Below are positions 1 through 12,745 of a DNA stretch of 64,000 bases, in pieces. Position numbers and translations under genes: made by a program. The notes beneath the pieces were generated by a model. That model ran no database searches, was not told the origin of the DNA, and worked only from the letters and a program-made list of their open reading frames with translations. Each line of letters begins with the position of its first letter. Position 1 is the stretch's first letter. This DNA comes from Craspedostauros australis (taxonomy: Eukaryota), in contig JALAGF010001746.1 in the NCBI GenBank assembly GCA_030167865.1, positions 1-64,000 of the forward strand, given 5' to 3'.

Positions 1-1760
1 GTTTTGTGTCATGTGTTTTGTGACGAGCAGAATGTGGAATCAGGTGCCACATGCTAACGTGTAATTAACGCGTACCAAACGACCGGCACCTTCGGAAGCA
101 GGTCCGTGACTTATCACCTCACGATAAATGCATGAGAACATTATCGAACCTTCGGCAGAAACTAACGAATTTGCTGCTGTTGGATCAACGCGACTGCGAT
201 GCACACATAGATCACTCCATAAAACTTAAAATGAAACCAAGTAGAATCTGAAAGGGTCCACCATATGTAAATAGACTACGAGGATTATGTATTTGTTATT
301 AGTTTAAAAATCCCAGAAAAACGACTAGACTCTTCATTTCAAACAGTTGGTCGACTCGCTCGAGGGGCTCGTATACATCCCACTCGTCATGTCCCACTCG
401 TCTCGTCAGAGGAAAAAGTACCACTTCACATTCCTACGAGCACGCTACCAGCTCTCAATCGGCACAAGTACCATACGCACTATGCAAGTATTGTCATCGA
501 CAGCGGTGTTGGTGTGTCTTGGTATGCTGGATAAAAATGCCTGTGCCCTATCTCCATCTTGAGAAAACAAAATAGACGTGGTCCTTTGGGATCAGTTTGC
601 TTTCATGCAATTTGAGTAGCGGAGGCCACATGATCCCTCTGCCCATGAGCGCCTTTCGTCTCCACCGAATCCCCTGTGCATCTGGGGCCTTCCACCATAA
701 TGTCTTTTCGGGTCTTCCGTGATTGTTGTGATGACATTATGACCCACTTGAGCGGCGGAACCGACAGTCAGTCCTGGAGGGGTCTCGCTTCCGCCCAAAG
801 GCACATGTTCGTCGCTGAGATGAGTCAGCTCCTTCGTCTATCATTGAGATCCAAGTACTAGTAGGCGAAGGGTTGATCGAAAATCAACGAGAGGATCACG
901 CGCCGATCGAGTTCGCCGCCAAATCATACCATTCAATCCCCATCTCGTCTGAGATCCGCGACGACTTTTCTCTCTCTTGTGAACGAATCTTTTGTGAACG
1001 AATCTTTTGTGGTGCTGACAAGTCGCAACTGGAGAAACCGCCGAACAATCGAGGAGTTTCGCATTCTACTCAGACCACCCAAGCCTCCATGCCACGCACG
1101 ACACATTGACTCCTTCGTCAGAACAGATGGTGGTGCGACACGGGGCCGACGTGTTTGCAGCCAAGAATGGTTCCAAATGGAAGCAGCGGTAAATCGTTTT
1201 GTTGTTTCTCGATGTCTCCTCCAACTTGCGTCACAACGTCCTAAAGAATGGAGGGGTGCAAGAAGTTTGTCTCAATGGCCAACAATTTGTATGTCCATGC
1301 ATCAGATGATCCAATCTCCCTCAAACAACCGTTGCAAACCGTTGCGAACCGCCAACACATCCAGATCTTGTTCGGGGATTCCTCCGCCAAGGAATTGTTG
1401 GTACGATCATGGGCGTGGCCAATCGCCCAGAACTGGCGTCCTCCACGTCCGGTTTCTATGGCTTCTGATTTGCTCTTCGCTTTTATGCCCCAGTGAATGT
1501 GACGAGAAGCAAATCCAACGCAGGGTGTTTTGGTGTCGCCAAGAAGCCCACCGAAACTGGAACCAAGCAATGTCGAGTTGATCAGGATGGTCTTGCTTCA
1601 TTCCCTCCATGCACTCATGCGGATGCTTGTGCTCCAACGAGCGCCGGGTAGGAGACCACGAAGTGGATCATCTGACAACGCCTACTCCGATGCGACCCCA
1701 GCAATTGCAGCATTCAACACGCTTGATTGGAGTGCGAGGTACGCTGTCGTTCAAAGCATG

Positions 1761-3212
1761 TCATCTACGTGCATGGAATGCCGTCACCACCTTTGCGATT
1801 TGATGTGGATACACCTCACCTGCCCAAATCTCTAGAAAATCAGAGGACGCCGATGATGGCGACACTGGCACAGGCACCGGTGGTGGCGATCGTTCTGATG
1901 GCAAGCGCTCATTACTGTCGCCGCCACCGTCGCTGTCGCTGTCGTGCCCGACGCTGCTGCGTGCGCGACCAATGGTTTCTGACGGCAACAGTAACAAATC
2001 ACGCAGTACGATGTCTCGGCAGCTCCTGCGTCCGAAGTTGAAACCATTCGTTGTCTTGTTGGCCTCATCGATGATCAAACATGCAGCACACATGAAATCC
2101 AAGTCAACGTCCATCAAGCCCCGGCCCCACACCATGTCCAGGCACAGGCATAGGAACCGACTCAATTCGGTTTCTCCCGTGCTGTCGGCATCGCGGAATA
2201 TCCGAAGAGCATGGCAGTATTGACTGGATTCGAATACGTTCGGAAGTTCGCGGCATGTGCAATACAACGCGTTTGCTTTCAGGAACCAAGCCTTGTCGCA
2301 GACTGTGTCGGCAGGATTGGATGCGGCTTCGAACACGGACGCATCACCCATTGCACCGTGATTGCGCACGCACTCGTGAGTGTTCTGGTTGGAGGAGTTG
2401 CCGATGCCATCCGCTGCATTGGTTTGGCAAGCCAATTCGAACTGCTCCAGCTGCTTCCAAAATCCTTCGTTTGGATTGATCTTTGGCCGCCGCCGCTTCA
2501 CAACCAGATACGCCTCATCCCGTGCGAGTGAATTGTATCGCATCAGATATGCGATTGCCACAGTCGCGGAACGTGAAACGCCCATTTCACAGTGCACCAA
2601 TACAGACCCGTGGGTTTTTGCAGGCGCATCCATGTTTGAAGGGCACTGGCTGCTGTTCACCGCAGACGTGGATTGCTTGGTCGACGGCTCCGCGAGAAGC
2701 GCGTGCATGAAGGTGGTCGCGCCTTCCAAATAGCTGAGGATATCAGCGGAGGATACATCGTTGACAGGAACGTGACAGATGGGAAAGTAGTTGCTAGAAT
2801 CGCCTTCATCTCTGTTCATGAGCGATGCTTGCGCTTGCGACTGTGACAGTGGTCGAGTTTGCAATTGTGATGGCACTGTTGTGCATCTCACGATCCCAAC
2901 AACGTTCGTCTCCTGCAGTGCCTCTCGAATCTTTGCATTTGAAAGATCTGCTGCATGCTTTGGACCCACAAAGATCTTGTGCCCAGTCACTGAGTCGCGA
3001 TGAACACAATGCGCAAGCTCCATCAACGTTGGTTGCACGTAGACAGGCATGCCGCTTGCTTCCGCTCGTGAAATGCGATCAGGTCGGAGTGCTGTTCCAG
3101 AGGTCGCCTCATCGGCATGGCTGCTGCCATCGACCTGTGGCCTTCCTGTGTACTCTATGCCCAGATGTGACAGCACGAACTTGTTTGTGCCCTTCGTCAA
3201 TCGCTTGGTCAT
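1761..3212 (-). CDS. Dual-specificity protein phosphatase (DSPc) with C-terminal extension
   Basis: Intact PTP loop VHCEMGVSRSAT followed by AYLMR...VKRRRPKINPNEGFWKQL, with an upstream acid loop VPVND. Likely start is ATG 3212 (MTKRL...); the ORF is open back to 3389. Single exon. Confidence 0.88.
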   Translation of the reverse strand: MTKRLTKGTNKFVLSHLGIEYTGRPQVDGSSHADEATSGTALRPDRISRAEASGMPVYVQPTLMELAHCVHRDSVTGHKIFVGPKHAADLSNAKIREALQETNVVGIVRCTTVPSQLQTRPLSQSQAQASLMNRDEGDSSNYFPICHVPVNDVSSADILSYLEGATTFMHALLAEPSTKQSTSAVNSSQCPSNMDAPAKTHGSVLVHCEMGVSRSATVAIAYLMRYNSLARDEAYLVVKRRRPKINPNEGFWKQLEQFELACQTNAADGIGNSSNQNTHECVRNHGAMGDASVFEAASNPADTVCDKAWFLKANALYCTCRELPNVFESSQYCHALRIFRDADSTGETELSRFLCLCLDMVWGRGLMDVDLDFMCAACLIIDEANKTTNGFNFGRRSCRDIVLRDLLLLPSETIGRARSSVGHDSDSDGGGDSNERLPSERSPPPVPVPVSPSSASSDFLEIWAGEVYPHQIAKVVTAFHARR

Positions 3213-4194
3213 GTCTATGTATGGAATGGAATGGAATAAATGGGGATGGGGATGGAGATGACTGTCGCAACGATAGTGTGATGCTTCAAGATGGAACCTT
3301 CGATTAGCAGCTGTGTACGATCTATGGTGCAGACTGGAACTGCTGTCGTTCTTGGTGGTGGTATTGGTGTGTGTGGCAACAGCGCACATGGTGTTTGGTT
3401 GTTTGCCTTCCAGTCGTGGAACGCATCATCAAAACGTGCACCGAATGGTCCATGTAGTCAAAGATACGGAATGGAAAGTTCTTCATCGTTCCTCGCCAGA
3501 CAACGAAGCAACATCCGCAAACAAACGTGACACAGAGGTAGGACCAACACAAGACAAAGAAGACGATGGGGGCGACCACTTTCTGGGGCATACGACTGCT
3601 ATGATGATGGTCTTGGAGCGTGGCTTCTCCGAGCACCATACGTGATGGAGTTGGACTGAAAGATGGAAACACGATGAAGGGCACGTTCCTGTTTCACGCT
3701 CAAGACCACGCTCACGATCACACACGGCAGACGGTGCTACAATAAGCAGCGAACACTCTGGTTCATGAGGGGTGGCTACGATCTAAGCATCTGATGATAT
3801 TGAGAGAAACCAACCGACGAATTCACGGATGAAACGTTGAGAACAAAACACCATTGCGGCTTGGCCCAGACTGCGACTACACCAACGGCTCCTCGGCCAG
3901 CGACACCTGCGGACATGACAGCGGAAGAGTTGATGGGAAACAGTGACGACAAGCCGCAGACGATGAAGAAACGTGGGAGGCTATCACCCCGGCGCTTTGT
4001 GAGATGGAGACGATTAGCGTGGAAGGGATTGAAAAGAAGAACAGGACCTCATCACAAATTCGTGTATTGGTGCGGTAGAGTGCCATGCTTCGAGTAGTAG
4101 CTCGTACTGCTGTTAGTATTGCACCGTATGGGTAGTTGGCCACTCTCTCTCTCCTTCTCAAGAGCGCAGTTGATTGTTACCCGTTCAAACACGT

Positions 4195-7100
4195 TCATCG
4201 CAGTTCATTCCGTATCTCCTTGACGATCGTCATGCTGAATGTGACCTCGTCAGCAGAATCGTGCAGCATCCCCAAGCAACCGATCCCGTCACGTTCGATG
4301 CGGGATGCGTCCAGCGTGCTGCCGAGCTTGTGGCGGAAGTCGTCAAAGGACGAAAGCGACTCTCCGGAGTTTGGATTGCCTCTGGCAGTTCGCAGGCGCA
4401 GAAGCGCCAGGATGAGGTACTCTTGTGTGCATCGCGCAAAGCTTGTTCCCAACGTCTTCATGTATTCGAATTCCGCACGCCGTAGGTCGGCGTCATCCTG
4501 TGATGTGAACGTTGTGGCGTGGCTCCCATCGAGCTCTGCCGATCGCCGTTGCGCATTGCGAGCAACCTCGGCACATTTGCACAGCCCTTGGCAGAGCGTG
4601 GTGAATCCGATGGTGTCGTAATTCCGTGTCCGCTTCAGGAGCGACAGTACCAAACGAAGGATCTCTATTGCAGCAATGGCCTGGTCAAACTTGGCCTGCG
4701 GCCAACGTTCTTGTGGGGACACCATGATGTCGCTGGGAACAGCAAATGTTGTTCCCATAGCTGTGGAATTCGGCATGCCGTTGCTGGCGTTGTTGATGTT
4801 GCTATCGTTGCTACTCGCCAGCTTCAAGGCAGTATCCACTCTATCCCACCATGTTGTCTTTGATTCGGCTGGCAACGGAACAACCGATGCAGCGAACGAT
4901 TTGTTGTTGCTGTTGCTATCGACGTCGCTGTTGTTCTGAAAGTTCATCGAAGATGAAGTCAGCAAATGCGGTGGCCATGGATTCTTCGTCAACTCTTCGA
5001 CCAAAATCATGACGACGTTGCTCATTAGCGCGCCGCCTACCAAGTGCTTGTCGAAGGCGTACGATGCTGATCCTGCAGCTTTGCCTTTGGTTGATCCGAT
5101 CGGGCGCATGATCGCGGCTGCTTGGAGCAGGCCTTCCACAAAGAGGCGGATGACAGCTGTATTCTGGGGGAATTGGAGGCAGAGGCGACGCAGCAAGGGC
5201 TCGTATGATGCGTATACCTGAAGGGCGCGCTCCGCAATCTCCTCATCTCCAGATGAAAGCATTGCCACGAGCAGCTTGAAATGGCCAAACAGGAAAGGTG
5301 GCGCTCCCAGTGAATCGGCTTGGAAGGTCGCATGCTGCTCACGCAGCGACTGCGTCACTTCTCGTTCTTCCGCGTGATACTTGTGCGACGCAGCGAGCAG
5401 CGCATCGAAAACACCAGATTGCAGCAAGATCTTGGATCCAAACTGACGCAGCGCAACTTTCTCCAACAGATGGCAGACGGACTCATCGAATTGGGGTAGG
5501 AGCTGGAGGATCGCGCGCATGCTGTTTCCAAGCAGTTTGTGGACGACGCAGGTGTCCCGCGTGCTGCCATCTGCCTCCGACAAAGCATCTAGTACAGACA
5601 TTAAGGCCGCACGCGCCAGCAACGGCGTTGCCGGGACCTTCTTGACATCCAGCGAGGCCATCTGGACAAGAGTTTGGCCAATGGGGATGACCTCCTCGAC
5701 GCTGCCAGAAAGGTCGGATCCGCTCCGCACAAGGCTTCGAATAACCTTTGTTAGAGCACCCGCCAGGACCGCAGTGCGTTCAAGTTTGCGCTGTTCTTCG
5801 CCCATCCAAGATGCTTCGATCGTACTCATGAGCATGCCGCTGAGGGCAAGGAGGATTGACTCCCATGCAGGGTCGCTGCTGTTGGCTTCGTTCGATGTGA
5901 TGCGATCGGTGAGCAGAAGCACGGTGGAGCTCAGCTGCAGCGTGGAGGGTGGGAACAAACTGGCATCCATCCCTTTGTGTCGGTAGGGCGAGCTTTCGTT
6001 GTTGAGGCGCTTCAGGATAGTGGCGAGAATGTTGGAATAGCCGCCGATGTCGAGAATCGTGGAGTCCTGCCCTGTGAGAATCATGCTTTCGCTCAGTCGC
6101 CGCGCTGCGACGATGGACGACCCGATGAGGCAATGGAATGCATTCACCAGGTGCCACGACGAGCAATGCCACTGGACGGATCGGTTCCATTCCTCGGTCC
6201 ATTCCTCCATCGACCTGCGGTTTGTTGGATCTCTCACGATTTGCTTCAGCTTGTCTATGGAGACGACCTCGTACCCAGACGTCACGTCGCTTGAACCTTG
6301 CAACGGCACGGTGCACTTTGCCAGGACGTCCGCAGGAGGCACTCGCAGGGTGGGATCAATGTGGGCTCGATCCAGTGCGACGGAATCCATCGCCATTTGC
6401 ACCAAAGCCTTGCCAGGATTGAACAGGATGTCAAACAGCTCGAAGCATTGCGATGGCTTCGGTGCGAAGCTTGCGGCGCTGATACTGCTTGGATCCATCG
6501 TGGCGCTGGAGTCGAAGCCACCCGAGAGCAATCGGATTTCTGATGCAGCCGATTTCAGGAACCACGCAATGGAATGGACGACGTCATCAGTCTTCGCTGA
6601 ATTGTTGGTGTCGGTGAGCAAGGCCAGGTACGACGGAGACCCAGGCGCGATGGGATCGAGGAACTGGAGCAAATTCTCACGGAACAAACCCTCATGGCGG
6701 AGTCGTTCCGCGGCGTACATCGCAACTCGCTGTGGTGCAGTCTGTGTTCCCTGGTTGTGGTCCATCAGCCGATGGAACAGCTCGAATATCATCGTCGCGA
6801 TGCTGGCCGACTCTGTGCTTTCCACGAAGTCTCTGCGTCTCACCAACGAAATGACAGCATCGAAGCAATCGTCTGCCACGTGACCCGTGGCCGGCGTCCA
6901 ATTCCCCTTTGCGCTGGATGACGGCAGCCCCAACAAGCACTGCGCCAACCCGTCTTCTTGAAATGCCACCTTGGACCGCGCATCTTCGAGGATGAGGGAT
7001 AGCAACAGCCCGACGGTTTCGCCGTCCGTCTTCGATTCAAGGCGCTTCGATGACACGAGGATTCGTTTGGCCACGGACTGCGCCAATGCGTGCTGCCCTT

Positions 7101-10100
7101 GCACAGTGCGACCGCAGAGTGCACCGACGGTGACGTGCGCTGGGCCAGATTTGTACAGGTAGTGGAAGACCCCGACTGCCAACGATGCCATGGCTTCGTC
7201 ATGTTGCTGTGTGGTCGCCGTGTACCCAATGAGGCCTGCCAGGACCGTTCGCAACCGCTCGGAACCAGCCATGGTGAGGATGAGCTCGGACAGACGCGAA
7301 AGCTGCACATCCTTCACCACGATGTTCGATGCACCTCTGTGCCGGCTGAATCGCAAGCTCGGCACGATCTTCAGCAGCTCGCGTGATGCGAGCACGGACT
7401 CGTAGAACGACGCCTCCCGGACCACGGCAGCGCAAAGGAGCCGGAGTGCCTGGATGATGCATTTCTCTCTCCAGTAGGTCCCGTTGGGAAACGTTGATGG
7501 TTCGATGACGCAACAAGTTGACACCGCCAATACCATCGGCTTCAGCAGGCTTTGCAACCCTCTCTTCGTTGGAGAGGAGCTCAGCCCCGCCTTCGCGCTG
7601 CGCATGGATGGCGGTGTTTCTCCAAAGAGGCTGTAGACGAGCGCGGCGGTGTCTGTGACGTCCCCGTGTGATGCAATGTCGGCGACGCCGCCATTCTCCA
7701 CCAACGTCGCAAGGATCGCCTGGAAGATGTTGCCGCGGCTGGTTGACAGGATGTCGGAAAGGATCGCAAATGCGCCAGTCTTGGTTCGTGGGAGATCGGG
7801 CAGCGCACCTGCCACATCCTTTGCCGGCGAGCCGTACGCGGCAGTTCTACGATCAGCGGGGTCGTTCACGCCGTCTCCGGATTGTCGATTGATGGAAATG
7901 TTCCGAAAGTCCTTTTCGTACTCCACCTCGTCGCTATGTGATTGTTCGCGTTGGGCAGACAGGAGGTCATTCGAAAGTCCCTTGGCGCCCAAGATGGTCT
8001 GCGCGGATTCCAAGTTGGACTCTGACGACTTGGAGAGCTTGGTTGGCACCGTGTATTGCGCCAGAGCAGCCTCCGCCAGCCGAAGCGCGACCGTGATCAA
8101 TCGGCTGCGGTCGCTCTCGAGCCGAAACGGAAGTGGTGTGGTGGAATGGCGCACGTTGATCTGCGTTTTTGGAAGCAGGAAGTCGACGACGAATTCGATG
8201 TACGGGGTGCAACCCGTTCGAAGCCGCCACTCATGGCCAAGATTCATGGGACATCCCCCTGCGGAAATCAGCGACGTGACCAGCTGGAGGAAGCCTTCCG
8301 TGGAGGGGTAGAAGCCGAGGCGTGATTCGATATGTTCCAACTCGTACACGATGCCATAGTTCTGGTCCGGCGGCAGCGTGGACGATTTGGAACCGCCTGC
8401 GGAGAGCGCGATGGACGATGGCGGGAAGGAGATTGTGGCGCGGGCCATTTGGTTGTTGGTTGCGGTCGGCGCCATGAGTTCTGGGTATTGCCCAAGCATC
8501 GAGATGGGAAGGATCTGGCTGTTCTCCAACAATTCCCATCCGTTCATGGCCATCTGCTGGATGTATCCCTTCTGCGTGGCATCGGCACCGTCCATGTCCA
8601 GGAGCTTCGCCGTTGCCGTCATCGCGGCGCCTCTCATGATGGGATCCAGCGGTGCGATTGCGAGCAGGAACAGGACGAGCAAGCATTCATCCCCTCCCGT
8701 CACTCTCCCGTTCGTGATGACTGGCAGCTTGAGGTTGAGGATGTGGCATCGTGCGGCTGGGGATCGTTCGGCGACGTTCATCAGCAACACGAGATGCGAT
8801 GCCAGGATCTCCAGGTTCTTTTTGCCCAGCTCCTTTGGTTTGGACGGTGATGTGGATGCAGAAGTGGAGGAGTCCGGACCGCCACGAGATGTCATTGACG
8901 ATCCGGATTGGAAGGAACCGTTCGGTTGCGCGTTGTAGTAGTACGCAGTGTCGGGTTTGGAGGATCCGGCGGTCGACCGGTTCGCGGATGTGAACTTCGT
9001 GGCCGCTGACACGTTCTCAAAGTTGTACGGACTGAGCTGCTGTGCGTACCATCGAATCGTTTCGAGAATGGACGTCCATGTGGGGTATGAGTGTGCTCCT
9101 GACGAGTCTTCGCTCGTTGCCGGTGGTCGGCTGAGCAACGCATGAACCGCGTCTGCACCTGTCTCTGCGAGAGATAGGCCCGCCAGGAAGGTGACATAGC
9201 TCGATGACAAGGACGAGTCGAAGTGCTGTTGTCGTTCTAATGCCTCGAGAGCTGGGCTGGATACGAGGTCATGATTGGGTCCCTCCTTGGACCAGAACGT
9301 GTATGCGAAGTTCGGGCCGATGAAGCAAAGGGTCGACGCCAAGGCGATCAAGTCGTCCATGCAATCCGGGCGTTCCATGAGGTCCACCGAATCGGGGATG
9401 TGAGGCTCGTCGTTGGGATTGACCGTCGCACCCGACCATGCGAGGAACTTTCGTTCCTTGTCGCGTTCCTGCCGGCTGATCTTGAGCTCCGTGTTCCTCT
9501 CCTGTTCCCATTCCGTCCGTGACTGCGGCAGCTGGCCTGCGGAAATCAAGATGTTGAGGTAGTGTGCGATGGTTTCTGACAGAACGGAGAGGGTGAATTC
9601 TGAGGTGTCGCAGAGGCTTTGGTCGAGGGATGTCATCGGCAGCCGTTGTAGGGCAGGTATCAATGTGAGTCTGCAAAAGGTGAATGCCTTGAGGATCGTC
9701 GGTGATTCCAAGCACTCTCGCGATGCCGACCGCAGATCCAGCGGCCCCGACGCAACACCGAGGGATGCATGGCGTGGACTTGCCAGGAGAGCCGGTGCAG
9801 ACCGCAGCAACAGTCCGTACGATGCCGACAAAATGCCCCAAACATCCTTGCGTCTCCATTGGTCGCATGCGTTGCCCACCAACTTTGAATGGAGCTGCGC
9901 CAGCTGCCCCGACGCGGCGTTGGGGTCGATTCCTGGTGGTAGAAGCGCGTTGCCCTGTTGGTTGTTGTGTTGAGAGTGTGGGTTGTGATAGGAGTGATTC
10001 GAGTTGCATGTGAGTTGATGCATCGCTTTTGCATACCGGCACAGTCATGAATGATGAAGGAGCAGCAGCGTGACGACAGAATATTGCAGGGGAGAGCATC

Positions 10101-11761
10101 GTTTTTCTTACCATGCCGAACTTGTTGGGTCCATGAATGTTGCGATCAAAGAGCACCTGGCGTGAATCCATGGCAGCGACGCAGGCCATGATTAAGGGAG
10201 CCACGCAGGTGAGCAGCTTCGTGTGGCCGGTGTCAGCGATGAGCGATATGAGCTCGCTTTGCCAGCCCAATTCCTCCTTTTCCTTTGGTGGTGGGGTGGT
10301 CATGGCGCCCCAGCCTGCAGGGGCCGCCTGCGCCGGATTTAGCTGTTCTTGGTATGGGTTGGGAACGTTGACCGTTGGGTCCAATTGGACGAGGCTGTCG
10401 CTGAGTTCCTTGACGAGATCCAGGAGCATTACAACCTCGTCCACTTGGAGCTGCGTGTGGTATGCCAGGTAGAAGAGGGCGTCGACCGCGAGCTGACGTT
10501 GCTGCTGGCAGAATATGAGATGGGCCAAGGCGAAGGGCGGCTTGGATGCCGCAACCACTCCAGCAGCGTTGGCATTTGCGGAGGTGCCCGATTGGTTTGA
10601 GAATGCACCTGATGGTTGGCCGAAGAAGCCCCCGCCGGCGTTCGAGTTTTGCGTGCCGTTGCCGAATGAGGCGCCCGGCATGTTTGGCTGGCCTTGGACC
10701 TGGCCTGAACCTTGGAATTGCAGCTGGTGTTGGCGTCTCTGCTTCTTGCTGTGCTCCGTGACCTGCTGCTGCAGCTGCGCGATGTGTTGGGAGTACTGCT
10801 TGATGAGGGCGACGAGGTTGGGAAGCAGGTTGTTTTGGAGCAGCTGATCCGTCGCCTGTATGACAAAGTCGCTCCCCTCCAGTCTCGACTGCACCAGAAG
10901 CAGGAGCGATTGCAGAAGCTGGCCACGTTCCAAGAAGTACAACGACCTGGGTCCCTGCAGGACGCTGTTTGGCTTGGAGACCTGATGCAACGCCAGCCGG
11001 AGCTGGTCGTTGAGCTGCGTCGTTGCCATCCGCTGCAAGGTTGGGTCAGTATCGTAGGACTTGAGCAGGGCGATCGCATGCAGCTCCGAGATTCTGAGCT
11101 CCGTCGAGAGTTGCAAGACGGCCTTCTTCCTGCCCTGGTTGAGCGGCGCATCCTTCTTGATCCCCGTGAAGAAGACGGTGATATTCGGCTGTTCCAGCTG
11201 CTGCCTGACGGCTGCGTTGGGTTGGACCCATTGAATGACCGCTGGCTTCGACAAGGATGATCCGAACGGCGCGTTTGGTTGTGGGCTGCCTGGATTGGTG
11301 CCCGCGGCCGCCGTTGGTTGGGGCGGCGACTGCTGCAGGAGATGGATGAGCTCCTGGCCAGCCAGCTGTGCCTGCGCAGACAGAACTCCGCCGCTGCCTG
11401 GAACGGTGCGTTTGGATTGAGCAAGCAAGGACTGCACCTTGGCCGACACGTGAAGGTAGCGAAACACATCACCAAAGTCCGGGATCTGCAGCAGATTCTG
11501 CGTGTTTGCCGCAGCTGTCGTTGCTGAAGTCAGCGCTGTGGGGGTCGCCAGTGGGGCTATCGTTGTCGGGAGAGCTGGTGCAGCTGCTGGGGCGGTCAGC
11601 GAGGTCGCTGGTGGTGCAGTTGCTGGAGCACCGAATGCTGGAGCTGCCGCAGCAGGCGCCCCACCGAAGGAGAATCCTCCCGTCGGCGCAGCAGCAGCAG
11701 CTGGCGTGGGTGCTGCTGCAGTGGCAGGTGCGGGCGTGCCGCCAAAGGTGAAACCTGACAT
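4195..11761 (-). CDS. NUP205: Nucleoporin Nup205/Nup192-like scaffold protein (about 2469 aa) with an N-terminal FG-containing low-complexity region
   Basis: Two exons, 11761-10112 and 9954-4195, joined by a phase-0 GTAAG..CAG intron (9955-10111) giving ...NKFGM|GNALLPP. Very large alpha-helical protein containing ELEHIESRLGFYPSTEGFLQL, which resembles the Nup205 E-L-x-x-I-E-S-x-x-x-x-Y-P-x-T-x-x-F motif, and YFLERGQLLQSL near the N-terminus. Starts MSGFTFGG. Confidence 0.75.
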
Positions 11762-12699
11762 CGTTGCGGTGCTGGAGGCTCGTGACGATGGTTCAATCCC
11801 AGCTTGGACCACCTTGGACCACCTTGGCTCAGCTTGGACTCTGCCGGAGCTTGAGACTGTCTCTTTGCAGTCAATCGCACCCTCCGATGCTGCGGTCGCC
11901 AGTCTTGCTGCCGATGATTGCCACTTGGATGGTCCACAATGGCTAGATTTCCACTTGCACGCACTACAAAGTTGCCTCTATGTATTGCTCTTGTACTTGG
12001 ACTTATGTGGTGGATGGTGAATGGTGTACTAAATGTGCACATACCGCATGAATACCGAACCATGCGAATACGCAACCAAGAAGAAGGAGGAGGAGAAGGA
12101 GGAGCCTCTGTTGGTGAAGCAAAGATGCAGCCAAGGATACTCGGTTGTGGGGATGTCACACGATTGTGGGTTGCAGAGTTGGCGGGTTTGGATGGTGTTT
12201 GGCGCCTCGGAGACACCTTTCAAAATTGTCGTGGCTGTGAACCGTTATTTTTTGACACGTTCACTTCACACCCGCTACGGACAGACAAAACGACAAGCGC
12301 CTGAATCAATTCACACCACGTGACTCAATCATTTCTGCAGAACACGACGGATGGTTGTGCAGACGAGATGCTCCGAAACGTTCGACGGATTGTTGTTCGT
12401 CAGCATCGCAATTTACAACTTCACGATTGGGACTTATCGCGCGTCCTCGTTCAGTGAACAGTGTCGTTTCTGCCTCGTTTTCGGAACGAGCGATTGGAGT
12501 TCTCGTCGTGACACGATCAAGACTCCGCAACGTTCTTCGATTTTATTGGGGAAGGTGTCCAAATGTACCAGAATTTTCGCATGCCGTGTCACAGTAGCAA
12601 CGCAGTCTCTGACGAAGAATCTCATTCATTTGGTTTCTTTGTCGTTTTCTGCGACTTTGTGCGGTGAAGCGTGCTATTATCACGTCGTGCGAGTGTGGA

Positions 12700-12745
12700 T
12701 GGTTGGTTGGTTGGTTGGTTGAGTGGTTGAGTGGTTGGTTGGTTG
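12700..12745. repeat. (GTTG)n-type imperfect microsatellite
   Basis: ggttggttggttggttggttgagtggttgagtggttggttggttg. Confidence 0.85.

Noticed and set aside
340-1700. Short overlapping ORFs, possibly a decayed gene or transposon
   Set aside because: I recognised no transposase, RT or integrase motif and no terminal repeats; a BLASTX search would be needed to say more.
9269-10111. C-terminal part of the 847-aa ORF as a separate protein end
   Set aside because: It is read-through of the intron into a wrong frame; a clean GT-AG intron joins exon 1 to the 1942-aa ORF.
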